DNA from: a bacterium
GTDB lineage: Bacteria; SZUA-182; DTGQ01; JAFGSM01
Assembly: GCA_049472315.1 (NCBI GenBank)
Contig: JBLIRN010000059.1
Coordinates: forward strand, 1 to 16,750
Reading direction: 5' to 3'
DNA length: 16,750 nt
Part shown: positions 7,452-15,394 of the stretch, piece after piece
How the letters are laid out: each line of letters starts with the position of its first letter
Position numbering within the stretch: position 1 is the first letter of the stretch
The notes under the pieces: generated by a model
Databases searched by the model: none
Told to the model about the DNA's origin: nothing
What the model saw: only the letters and a program-made list of their open reading frames with translations
Program-made: the position numbers and the translations under genes

Positions 7452-8363
7452 CTATCCTTCATATATGGTCTTCCCGATATCCCTGATGTCGTATCCCCCA
7501 AAACGCGCACTGTATTCCTTAAGCTCGCTCGAACGCAGGAACTTGAGAAAGGTTTGGACGTTGGCCTCGGGGAAGGTCTCCTTCCTGATAATGAGATCGA
7601 ACCGCTCCTTGCGCAGGGGGATGAAATCAAGGCCCAGCATTCGGGCAATCGCCTGGATACCCAAGCCGGCATCCGCCCTGCCTGACAGCACCTCTATGCC
7701 CACATCGAGATGACTCATGCAAATGCTATCGAATCCTCTGATCCGAGCCGCATCGATCCCGTTTTTATCCATCTCGTATTCAAGGAGGAACCGGGTGCCC
7801 GTACCGGACTGGCGGTTGACAATGGTTATGTCCGGCCTTACCAGGTCCTTTATCCCGGTGATTTGTTTCGGGTTCGTTGCGGAAACGATCAGGCCCTGGG
7901 TCCTGTATGCAAAATTCACGATCACGAAATCCTCGTTAAAGATCTCTTTTATATATGACAGGTTGTACTCTTCATCCTCCTTCTGAAGCATGTGGGAGGC
8001 ACAGATATGACACCATCCCTTTTTGAGTGCATTGATGCCGTTCATGCTCCCTATGCTGCTATAGAGGGGAAGGATATTGCGGTGCTTCTCCTGGAAGAGG
8101 GAGAGCACGTCTGCCAGAAACAGGTCGTTGCTGCCGGCGATGATCAGCGCCTCGCTGAATGTCTCCAGTTTCTTTTCCTTCATCCAGGGATAGTTCTGGA
8201 TATTGTTGTCTATCCAGATATCCACAAGATGCTTCGGGAAGAGCCACTTGCCCGTCACCTTGGTTGCCGGCAATCCCTTCTCCATAATGAGGCTGTAGAT
8301 CTTCTTCTCGTTGATATCGAGATAGTGCGCCAATTCTTTGGTATTGAACAATTCCTTGTTCAT
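7452..8363 (-). CDS. Transcriptional regulator: excisionase-like HTH_17 domain plus periplasmic-binding-protein-like (molybdate/tungstate) domain, TaoR-type architecture
   Basis: N-terminal FNTKELAHYLDINEKKIYSLIMEKGLPATKVTGKWLFP. C-terminal IAGSND, GSMNGINAL, RTQGLIV, IVNRQSGTGTR, SHLDVG, GRADAGLGI, FIPLRKERFDL. Confidence 0.9.
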   Translation of the reverse strand: MNKELFNTKELAHYLDINEKKIYSLIMEKGLPATKVTGKWLFPKHLVDIWIDNNIQNYPWMKEKKLETFSEALIIAGSNDLFLADVLSLFQEKHRNILPLYSSIGSMNGINALKKGWCHICASHMLQKEDEEYNLSYIKEIFNEDFVIVNFAYRTQGLIVSATNPKQITGIKDLVRPDITIVNRQSGTGTRFLLEYEMDKNGIDAARIRGFDSICMSHLDVGIEVLSGRADAGLGIQAIARMLGLDFIPLRKERFDLIIRKETFPEANVQTFLKFLRSSELKEYSARFGGYDIRDIGKTIYEG

Positions 8364-8396
8364 CGCGAGCCATCCCTGTCACGCACTAAAATCACC

Positions 8397-8738
8397 CTAT
8401 TCGATCTCGAGCTCCTTCACCTCGAGCTCCCTTCCGGAGACCATCTCCACATCCAGCCCCTCACAGCGGGGGCAGACCATGAAGGGATGTTCGGCGGTGA
8501 AGAGCTCACCGCACTCGTGACACTTGATCATGATGGGGACCTCTTCTATGAACAGTAAGGCGCCCTCTGCCACCCCTCCCTGTGTTATGGTCTCGAAGGC
8601 GAACTGGAGCGCGTCAGGCACAATGCCGCTCAATTTCCCTATGCGGAGGGTCACGGAGAGCACCTTCGTGTTGCCGAAGGGGGCGGACTCCTGCTCGATG
8701 ATCTCGAGCAGGCTCTGGGCTATGGAAAGCTCATGCAT
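8397..8738 (-). CDS. hypA: Hydrogenase nickel insertion protein HypA
   Basis: MHELSIA N-terminus, two CxxC (CHEC, CPRC), GREL near the C-terminus, 113 aa. Confidence 0.97.
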   Translation of the reverse strand: MHELSIAQSLLEIIEQESAPFGNTKVLSVTLRIGKLSGIVPDALQFAFETITQGGVAEGALLFIEEVPIMIKCHECGELFTAEHPFMVCPRCEGLDVEMVSGRELEVKELEIE

Positions 8739-8769
8739 GGGACGCAGAAACGGATTGCTTCATGAAAAT

Positions 8770-9219
8770 TCACTCCAGTTCAGCAAGCACCGCCTTCATC
8801 ACCCGGGGGAGTTCCGCCTCCACCTCGGGTGAAAGCTCGATGCTGCAGGAGATCTCCTTTGGCTCCACGCCGATGATGACTACCTCGCCGTGCCCCCCGA
8901 TCTGCCGCGCCATGCCGAGCACGTCGAGGAGCCCCACCTCGTGGAGGGAGAGGGCGCGCGTTGTATCGTGCATGATCTCTTCAGGGGTAACCCGGTAGAT
9001 GGTGCCGGGCGTTCCCCCTGCCTTGAGGGCATCGATGACGATGATCCGTTCGTAATCCTGGAACATCGGTAGGAGATCCATGGCGTCCGTTCCCCCGTCG
9101 ATGACCTCGACATGTGGGGGTAGATCCGTCCCCTCCAATCGCTGCACCGCATGCACCCCCACCCCTTCATCCTTGAGGATGAGATTGCCGATCCCTATGA
9201 TGGCCGTCTTTTTCTGCAT
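8770..9219 (-). CDS. Hydrogenase maturation endopeptidase (HyaD/HybD family)
   Basis: GIGNLILKDEGVGV, DGGT, IVIDA, SLHEVGL, IGVEP. Confidence 0.95.
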   Translation of the reverse strand: MQKKTAIIGIGNLILKDEGVGVHAVQRLEGTDLPPHVEVIDGGTDAMDLLPMFQDYERIIVIDALKAGGTPGTIYRVTPEEIMHDTTRALSLHEVGLLDVLGMARQIGGHGEVVIIGVEPKEISCSIELSPEVEAELPRVMKAVLAELE

Positions 9220-9232
9220 AATAGCCTTACAA

Positions 9233-10111
9233 CTAAGCCATACCGGCGAGCCTGAGGATCTCGGGGACCTTTTTCTCCCAGCCGATCGCCATGATGTGTA
9301 CCCCCTGGCAGAGGCCCTTGAGGTCGTTGATGAGCCGGGCGGCCATGCCGAGGCCGGTGGCTGTCTTGTCCTCCGCCTTGGTCATCTCGTCGATGAGCCG
9401 GTCGGGCACAAATACCCCTGCAACGTTCTTGTTCATGTACTTGGCCATACCGGCCGACTTCAGCGGGATGACGCCCGCGAGCACCGGCACGCCGAATCCC
9501 TTTACCCGCTTCATGAATTTGGCGAAGATGTCCACGTCGTAGACCGCCTGGGTCTGGAAGAAGCGGGCCCCTGCCTTGATCTTCTTTTCCATCTTGATGA
9601 TCTGCAGCTCGACTGCCTCCTCCGTGTCCATGATGGGCGTGACCACGCCGCCGACAAAGAAATCGGTCTTCCCCTTGAGCTCGTTTCCCGAGACATCATA
9701 CCCTTCGTTCATCTTGGCGATGGTGGCCACGAGTTGGACCGAGTCCAGGTCATATACATCCTTTGCATCGGGGTGATCGCCGAAGGTGGGGAAATCCCCG
9801 GTGATGGCGAGCACGTTCTTGATGCCGGACAGGTGGGCGCTTAGCAGGTCCGACTGCATGGCGATCCGGTTCCGGTCCCTGCAGGTCATCTGGAAGATGG
9901 GGTCCAGCCCCTCCTTGACGAGCAGCGAGGAGACGGCAAGGGAGCCGAGCCTCATCACCGCGCTCTGCTGGTCGGTCACGTTGGCGCCATCCACCTTCCC
10001 CCGCAACAGCTCGGCGCTCTCTAGTATCTCCGCGGTATCGGTTCCCTTGAGGGGGCCTACTTCAGCCGTGACGGTGAACTTTCCGCTCGTTAATGCCTCT
10101 TTTAGAGCCAT
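9233..10111 (-). CDS. metF: Methylenetetrahydrofolate reductase catalytic subunit (anaerobe type)
   Basis: TAEVGP, NVTD, QMTCRDRNRIAMQSDL, AITGD, KKIKAGARFFQTQ, GVHIM; 292 aa. Confidence 0.95.
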   Translation of the reverse strand: MALKEALTSGKFTVTAEVGPLKGTDTAEILESAELLRGKVDGANVTDQQSAVMRLGSLAVSSLLVKEGLDPIFQMTCRDRNRIAMQSDLLSAHLSGIKNVLAITGDFPTFGDHPDAKDVYDLDSVQLVATIAKMNEGYDVSGNELKGKTDFFVGGVVTPIMDTEEAVELQIIKMEKKIKAGARFFQTQAVYDVDIFAKFMKRVKGFGVPVLAGVIPLKSAGMAKYMNKNVAGVFVPDRLIDEMTKAEDKTATGLGMAARLINDLKGLCQGVHIMAIGWEKKVPEILRLAGMA

Positions 10112-10129
10112 GTGCCTCTGCCCTCCTCT

Positions 10130-10807
10130 CTATTCGTTTTCTGTATGTTCAAGGGCCCAGATGGATGATGCAAGGAGATCCCACCGCGGCCTCATTTTAC
10201 CATATGTCTTGGGGGGGATGTACTGCTTCAGCAGGTCCACCCTTCCCAGATCCCTGACCCGCTTATAGATCAACTCCCACCCGCACGGCTTGTCCTTGCT
10301 CACCTCGCAATTCCCGTTGGTGGCACCGCCGCAGGCTCCGTTGATCAATCGCTTGGAGCAGGCGGTCAGGGGACAGATCCCTCCGGTATAGTCGAGGAGG
10401 CAGTCCCCGCACTCCATGCACCGTTCCTCACCCCGCCATTCACCCCGGCTTCCCCCAAGGGAAATGGTGTTGCAGGCAGGATGCACCCTCTTTTTCACCA
10501 TGGCCGCGACCGCCTGCACACCGATGCCGCAGGTCATAACCAGGAGTGAATCCGCCTTCATCACCTCATCCTCGAAGGCGCGTAGTCGCGAGGCAACAAG
10601 TGCCTTCTGGCACAGGAAATCTATGACACAGGAACCGGTCACCTTCTTGCCGGCCCCTTCCAGCTTCTCCTTCATCTCCAGCACCTGGGGCATACCTCCG
10701 GTCTGGCTTGCCTGTGCGCATCCGTCACACCCCAGGATGAAGACCTTTTTCTCCCCCTCGAGATACCCCTGTATCTCTTCAAAGGGCTTCTGCTCTGATC
10801 TGATCAT
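10130..10807 (-). CDS. metV: MetV, Cys-rich Fe-S/Zn partner subunit of methylene-THF reductase
   Basis: MIRSEQKPFEEI start (ATG 10805-10807, SD GAGGAGG). GCDGCA..QTGG, FLC, TCGIG, CMECGDCLLDYTGGICPLTACSKRLINGACGG, CEV, CGW. Directly upstream of metF. Confidence 0.93.
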   Translation of the reverse strand: MIRSEQKPFEEIQGYLEGEKKVFILGCDGCAQASQTGGMPQVLEMKEKLEGAGKKVTGSCVIDFLCQKALVASRLRAFEDEVMKADSLLVMTCGIGVQAVAAMVKKRVHPACNTISLGGSRGEWRGEERCMECGDCLLDYTGGICPLTACSKRLINGACGGATNGNCEVSKDKPCGWELIYKRVRDLGRVDLLKQYIPPKTYGKMRPRWDLLASSIWALEHTENE

Positions 10808-10824
10808 CGGTATCCTCCTCGTTA

Positions 10825-12384
10825 TTAGGCAATGGTGTACCTTCTCAACTCGCGCCCCTTGTGATTCAACAGATGAACGGCACACGCGGTGCACGGGTCG
10901 AAGGACCTCACGATCCTGACGATCTCGAAGGGATTGTCGCTGTCCTTGACCTTTGTGCCGATGAGCGCCTGTTCGATAGGTCCGTGCTTGCCCTTGTCGT
11001 CCATGGGGGATGCATTCCATGTGGTGGGGACCACGCACTGGTACTTGTGGATCTTCTTATCCTTGATCACGATCCAGTGGCCGAGGGCCCCCCTGGCGGC
11101 ATCCGCGATCCCCACGCCGGTCCCCTCGTCCGGAATGCTGTATTCCACGTACGCAGGCTCACCCGGCTTCAGACCGAGGACCCAATCCTCGACATTCTGC
11201 ACCATATACTGGGTGCACAACGCCCGGGCGGCATGGCGTCCCAGCACGGAGAAGAGGGCATCGGGCGATGCCTTGAAATGGGAGAGCACCGAATCCACCA
11301 GACCACGTATCTTGGTGTCACCGGCAGCGTAGCTTACGGCAATGCGTGCGAGGGGACCCACCTCGTGGACCTCGCCGCTGTAACGAGGGGATTTGATCCA
11401 GGAATATCCACCCTTTTTGTTGGGATTGGGCATGGTCTCCCCGTCGAAGGGATGGGCGCCGTTCGCGTCCTCCTCATACCATGAGTGGGTGACCCATTCC
11501 TTTATCTGCGCAAGGTCGAGGGGGCGATGGCTCAGGTCCGTTGCCGTGGTCCCCTGGGAGAAGAGCCTCTTCCTTGTGGTGTAATCCGGGTTTGTCCCAT
11601 CCAGGTCGAAGATGCCGTAGGAGAGGTATCTCCCGCATCCCTTCCCGATGCCGAAGTAATCGCTGTAGGTCTCCGCCACCTTTATGACGTCGGGCACATA
11701 CACATCCTCGACGAACTCCCTGAGTTCCTTTGCCCGCCACAGGAGGTTAGCGATCTTATCCACGGTGGGCACCTCGGTGGCACCGCCGGGGGTTATGGAG
11801 CAGGCATGGGGGACCTTGCCCCCCAGGACCGCCGTGGCCTCGTGCCCCTTTCGCCGCATCTCCAGGGCCATCACGTAGTGCTTCACCAGCTCCTGATCAA
11901 CCTGGGCCGGAAACCGGTAGTCTCCCTCGTAGCGGGGGACAAAGGGGGACAACTCGCCCCGTGCGATGAAGGACTTTATGGAGTTGAGGGTGCGGTCGTT
12001 CCCGTTGTAGTCGGCCACCTTGGTGACATCGACATAGTCGAGGGCCGCCAGGTGATAAAAGTGCAGTATGTGGTCCTGAATTTGATGGAATGCCATGGTG
12101 AGGTTGCGGATCAATCGCCCGTTATCCGGTATCCGGTCGGCGATCCCGAAGGCGCTGTCCAGATTGAGTGTAGCGACGGTGGTATGGCAGTGATTGCACA
12201 CCCCGCATATCCTCTGGGTGATGATCTGGGCGTCTCGCGGGTCCCTGCCTGCCAGGATCTTTTCAAAACCCCTGAACAGCATACCCGAACACATGGCATC
12301 CTTGATCACCCCGCCGTCAACAACCGCTTCGACCTTGAGGTGCCCTTCGATCCTGGACATGGGATCTATTACTATGGTAGCCAT
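10825..12384 (-). CDS. [NiFe]-hydrogenase large subunit, group 1 (HysA/group 1a-like, Cys-ligated)
   Basis: DPMSRIEGHL, L1 QRICGVCNHCH, HILHFYHLAALDYV, YSWIKSPRY, EVGPLAR, RGALGHW, YQCVVPTTWN, L2 RSFDPCTACAVH plus a 15-aa cleavable tail. Subgroup assignment is from motif recall. Confidence 0.96.
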   Translation of the reverse strand: MATIVIDPMSRIEGHLKVEAVVDGGVIKDAMCSGMLFRGFEKILAGRDPRDAQIITQRICGVCNHCHTTVATLNLDSAFGIADRIPDNGRLIRNLTMAFHQIQDHILHFYHLAALDYVDVTKVADYNGNDRTLNSIKSFIARGELSPFVPRYEGDYRFPAQVDQELVKHYVMALEMRRKGHEATAVLGGKVPHACSITPGGATEVPTVDKIANLLWRAKELREFVEDVYVPDVIKVAETYSDYFGIGKGCGRYLSYGIFDLDGTNPDYTTRKRLFSQGTTATDLSHRPLDLAQIKEWVTHSWYEEDANGAHPFDGETMPNPNKKGGYSWIKSPRYSGEVHEVGPLARIAVSYAAGDTKIRGLVDSVLSHFKASPDALFSVLGRHAARALCTQYMVQNVEDWVLGLKPGEPAYVEYSIPDEGTGVGIADAARGALGHWIVIKDKKIHKYQCVVPTTWNASPMDDKGKHGPIEQALIGTKVKDSDNPFEIVRIVRSFDPCTACAVHLLNHKGRELRRYTIA

Positions 12385-12386
12385 AT

Positions 12387-13271
12387 CTATTTCCCCTCCG
12401 CTTGTTTCCAGTATTCGCCGATCTTCGGGAGATCAACATCGGTGAGTTTCTCATAAAATGAGCCGAAATCGGGAAACTCCGCCTGGGTGCATCCCTGGCA
12501 GCCCATTCCCGACTTGATGCACCAGTTCACCCCGTTGTTCCACTGGCGGATCGGGCAGTCGGCATAGGTGATCGGCCCCTTGCACCCCAGCTCGTAGAGG
12601 CAGCCCGGGTCCCCGAATTTCTTGGCGAATTTCCCCTCGTCAAAAAACGCCCTGCGCTGGCAGTTCTCATGGATAAGGGTGCCGTAGAAATCCTTGGGAC
12701 GGAGCCAGTCGTCGAGGTCGGGCAGACCGCCGATGAGGATGCTCGCCACGGTCCCCACAAACCAGTCGGGATGAGGGGCGCAGCCGGGCACGTTGATGAG
12801 GGGGGTGGTGATCCCCTCCTCCTTGAAGATATCCATTACCGCCTTCACCCCGGTGGGATTGGGTTTTCCGCCGGGTATTCCCCCGAAGGCGGAACAGGTG
12901 CCGAGGGCAATCACGGCGAGGGCGTTGCTGCCAAGGTCCTTGACCCATTGGTAAAACGTTACGGGCTTCCCATTCCTTTCCCCGACACGGCAATAGACCC
13001 CGTTATCCTTGGTTGCGACCACTCCCTCGACGATGAGAAGGAATTCCCCCTTCTTACGCTCCCCGACATCCTCCAGGACCTTTATGATGGGTTCTCCCGC
13101 GCCTGCCATGACCGTGGCCTGAAACTTAAGGCTGATATGCCTTCCGGGAACGACCTCGTCGACGAGCACGTTCTTTATGGAAGGGGCGACCGCATTCAAA
13201 ACGGACACCGAACATCCGCTGCACGACCCCCCTTGGATCCAGACCGCCGGAATTTCCTTGATTGCCGCCAT
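12387..13271 (-). CDS. [NiFe]-hydrogenase small subunit without Tat signal or membrane anchor (HysB-like)
   Basis: WIQGGSCSGCSVSVLN, GTCSAFGGIP, NVPGCAPHPDW, HENC, CLYELGCKGP, YADC, NWC, CQGC. ATG 13269-13271 lies 6 nt after AGGAGG, with an in-frame stop shortly upstream. Confidence 0.96.
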   Translation of the reverse strand: MAAIKEIPAVWIQGGSCSGCSVSVLNAVAPSIKNVLVDEVVPGRHISLKFQATVMAGAGEPIIKVLEDVGERKKGEFLLIVEGVVATKDNGVYCRVGERNGKPVTFYQWVKDLGSNALAVIALGTCSAFGGIPGGKPNPTGVKAVMDIFKEEGITTPLINVPGCAPHPDWFVGTVASILIGGLPDLDDWLRPKDFYGTLIHENCQRRAFFDEGKFAKKFGDPGCLYELGCKGPITYADCPIRQWNNGVNWCIKSGMGCQGCTQAEFPDFGSFYEKLTDVDLPKIGEYWKQAEGK

Positions 13272-13488
13272 TGTCACCCTCCTCGCAACTTCAGGGTTTG
13301 AGATTGCTCACCTCTCGGTCCTCTGCCCACTCAACCAGACACAAAGAGAGATGCCGAAATGAATGTAACCGATCATGCTTCTTATTGGCTAAATGATATC
13401 AGTGAATGATGATGGAGGTGGTTCCATCGTATTCCGGGAAAGGCACCCCGGATTTGAAGACGGTACCTCTCATTCTAAAAGCCCATCT

Positions 13489-13517
13489 AAAATAATACAT
13501 CGTTCTATTCTTGTCAA
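13489..13517 (-). promoter_or_regulatory. Putative sigma-70 promoter of the hydrogenase-metVF operon
   Basis: Minus strand TTGACA (13517-13512), 17 nt, TATTTT (13494-13489) in an AT-rich intergenic region. Confidence 0.55.
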
Positions 13518-13765
13518 GGATAACCGTATCTATCTGATGAAAACGGATCGCAGTCACGCGGAATTCAAAATAATTTATTTCATTGATTGTTATCATTTTT
13601 TTTGCCGCTGCCGAAATTCATCGACGTTTCAAAAACGCTATTTTGATTTTGTGTAAGAATATGATTTTGTAAGAGATGGTGCGCTGCCGCACAAAAACAG
13701 GAAGGTAGCGGAAACCCTATTTACAGGATTTGGTTACGGTATATCCCCGACCATTGATTCTTCCC

Positions 13766-15253
13766 TCATGGCGCAACCTGTTCCAGGACCGCATCCTGCA
13801 TGATATCTTCGATGATCTCCTCCTTCTGGTCGCGTATGATTTCATCACGCTGTCCCCGTTGAAACCGCTCGATCTCCTCTTGATGAATATCCTGGGGCAT
13901 CCGCTCGATCTCCGTCAGTATGTCTTCCATGCCATTGTCGATGGTGAGATCGTTCAGCACATCATCCCTGGGGAGTATCTCCCGGTCCATTTCCAGTGCC
14001 CCTCCAATCTCTCTCTCCAACTCGTCCGCAGCCCCCTTCAGGGTGTTGTTCAGATCGTGGAGATCCATGATCGGCTCCTTGTGAAGGCCTTCCCTGTCGC
14101 CGAGCGAACCCGTGCCGGGAAGACCATGCGGGATTTCTTCAAAAAGGTCGTGCATCCCCTTCTCATGTATTCCGGATGCCTCTTCAATCGCCTTCAGTTC
14201 CTCCGCGGTAAATACCCCCGGGGATTCCTCGAAGTCCTTCACCCTTCCCGCCTTCACCCCTGCGGCATCTTCTTCGGGTTCCGCGCCGGGGGTATCCTCC
14301 TCCGGGTCAAGCAACTGGTCAGCGGAAAATATGCCCCCGCCCTCATCGGGCCGCTTCTCCCTTTGTATGTTCACGCCATGGGAAGGCGCCGGGTTCGTAA
14401 AAGGCGTTACCCCTTCAATGCCTCGGGGCGGACCTTGTGGAGAGGAGGCAGTATCCAGAGCGGGCACCCCGGAGACCGCAGGCCCCTTTTGGCCCTTTCC
14501 CCGGCCAGTCCGTTCGGGATCGGCGTGTCCTCCGATTGCATCCCCATGTTCCTGTTCGACTGAGACGAGGATTCCCCGCAGCAGCTCATCAATCTCCTCC
14601 CTGCCTATGTCGCGGACCTCTGCAGGCGGTTCGTCTACATACACCAATACCTGCGTGAACGGCTCTAAAACCACCCTTCCGGGGATATCAGCGGCAACGC
14701 TTCCGACCCAGACGCGGCCCCTGGTGCATATGGCCCGCGTGACGTCCTTCTGATCCCCACCCATCCGGGACCTCTCATTGATCACCAGTTGTTCGGTGCC
14801 AACGACGCCGGTGACTGCCGTGGTGGTCTCTATTTCAAATCTGGATTCCGGATTGGTAAATCTACTCACCAGTGCCCGGAGACGCCCGAGTCTCATTTGG
14901 AAACGGGAGGTGGTCAGGGAATCGGAGGGCCGGTAGAGGAATTCCTTGATCTCCAGGTCGGTCCCTCCTCCGATATCAAGGGATGCCCCGGTTACGAAAA
15001 TGATGTGCGCCTTTGCATTGACATCCGTGCGTATCCTGTCCTTGGGAAAGACCTCTTCGTCCGCGCGGGCGATGGAGGGGGTCCCCTCCCATGCGTGCTG
15101 GAGGTAAACCGTACCCAGCACCTCGTCGATCATCCCCACAGGAGATTCCGACGTGAGTGCATTGCATGTCAGGGATACGGCAAGAAGGGTGACGGCCAGC
15201 ATGACAGGAATCCACACATACGGCATGATCCCGTTATGGTGATATGTGCGCAT
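13766..15253 (-). CDS. Exported FecR-domain protein with long acidic low-complexity C-terminus
   Basis: Hydrophobic N-terminal segment VWIPVMLAVTLLAVSLTCNA. FecR motifs DRIRT..AHIIFVTG..LDIGGGTDLEI, MRLGRLRALV, RFEIETTTAVTGVVGTE. Start placed at ATG 15251-15253 behind AGGGGG; exact start uncertain. Confidence 0.8.
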   Translation of the reverse strand: MRTYHHNGIMPYVWIPVMLAVTLLAVSLTCNALTSESPVGMIDEVLGTVYLQHAWEGTPSIARADEEVFPKDRIRTDVNAKAHIIFVTGASLDIGGGTDLEIKEFLYRPSDSLTTSRFQMRLGRLRALVSRFTNPESRFEIETTTAVTGVVGTEQLVINERSRMGGDQKDVTRAICTRGRVWVGSVAADIPGRVVLEPFTQVLVYVDEPPAEVRDIGREEIDELLRGILVSVEQEHGDAIGGHADPERTGRGKGQKGPAVSGVPALDTASSPQGPPRGIEGVTPFTNPAPSHGVNIQREKRPDEGGGIFSADQLLDPEEDTPGAEPEEDAAGVKAGRVKDFEESPGVFTAEELKAIEEASGIHEKGMHDLFEEIPHGLPGTGSLGDREGLHKEPIMDLHDLNNTLKGAADELEREIGGALEMDREILPRDDVLNDLTIDNGMEDILTEIERMPQDIHQEEIERFQRGQRDEIIRDQKEEIIEDIMQDAVLEQVAP

Positions 15254-15394
15254 TGGATTCCCCCTGTCCAAGGTGTCCAATTGTTTGATCCTTTTTAAGC
15301 AAGGTTTGTACCAGAATCTCATTTCCCAAAAACCTCGATATACCGGACAATATCCATGACCATCCAAAAAGGATGCACCTGCGATGACCCCTTT

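Noticed and set aside
10891..10893. Possible selenocysteine in the L2 motif of a HysA-like large subunit
   Set aside because: The codon is TGC (Cys) and the ORF has no in-frame TGA.
10808..11038. Extended N-termini given by the ORF track for metV, tupA, tupB, cheW, the DUF4203-like gene and the FecR gene
   Set aside because: Downstream starts have better SD sequences and match family N-termini or signal peptides; the metV extension overlaps the hydrogenase gene.
13272..13310. In-frame Arg-Arg just upstream of the small subunit start, suggesting a Tat remnant
   Set aside because: The two AGG codons are the SD itself. There is no FLK or hydrophobic stretch, and an in-frame TGA lies a few codons upstream.
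13430..13475. SAM-I riboswitch ahead of the metF-containing operon (GAGAGGT, GGTGCC)
   Set aside because: Missing the AUC start, the GAGGGA/GGCCC kink-turn and pseudoknot, and GCAACC.
13644..13674. Direct repeat TGATTTTGT at 13644 and 13662
   Set aside because: Two short copies in AT-rich DNA well upstream of the predicted promoter; compatible with chance and not a CRISPR or tandem array.
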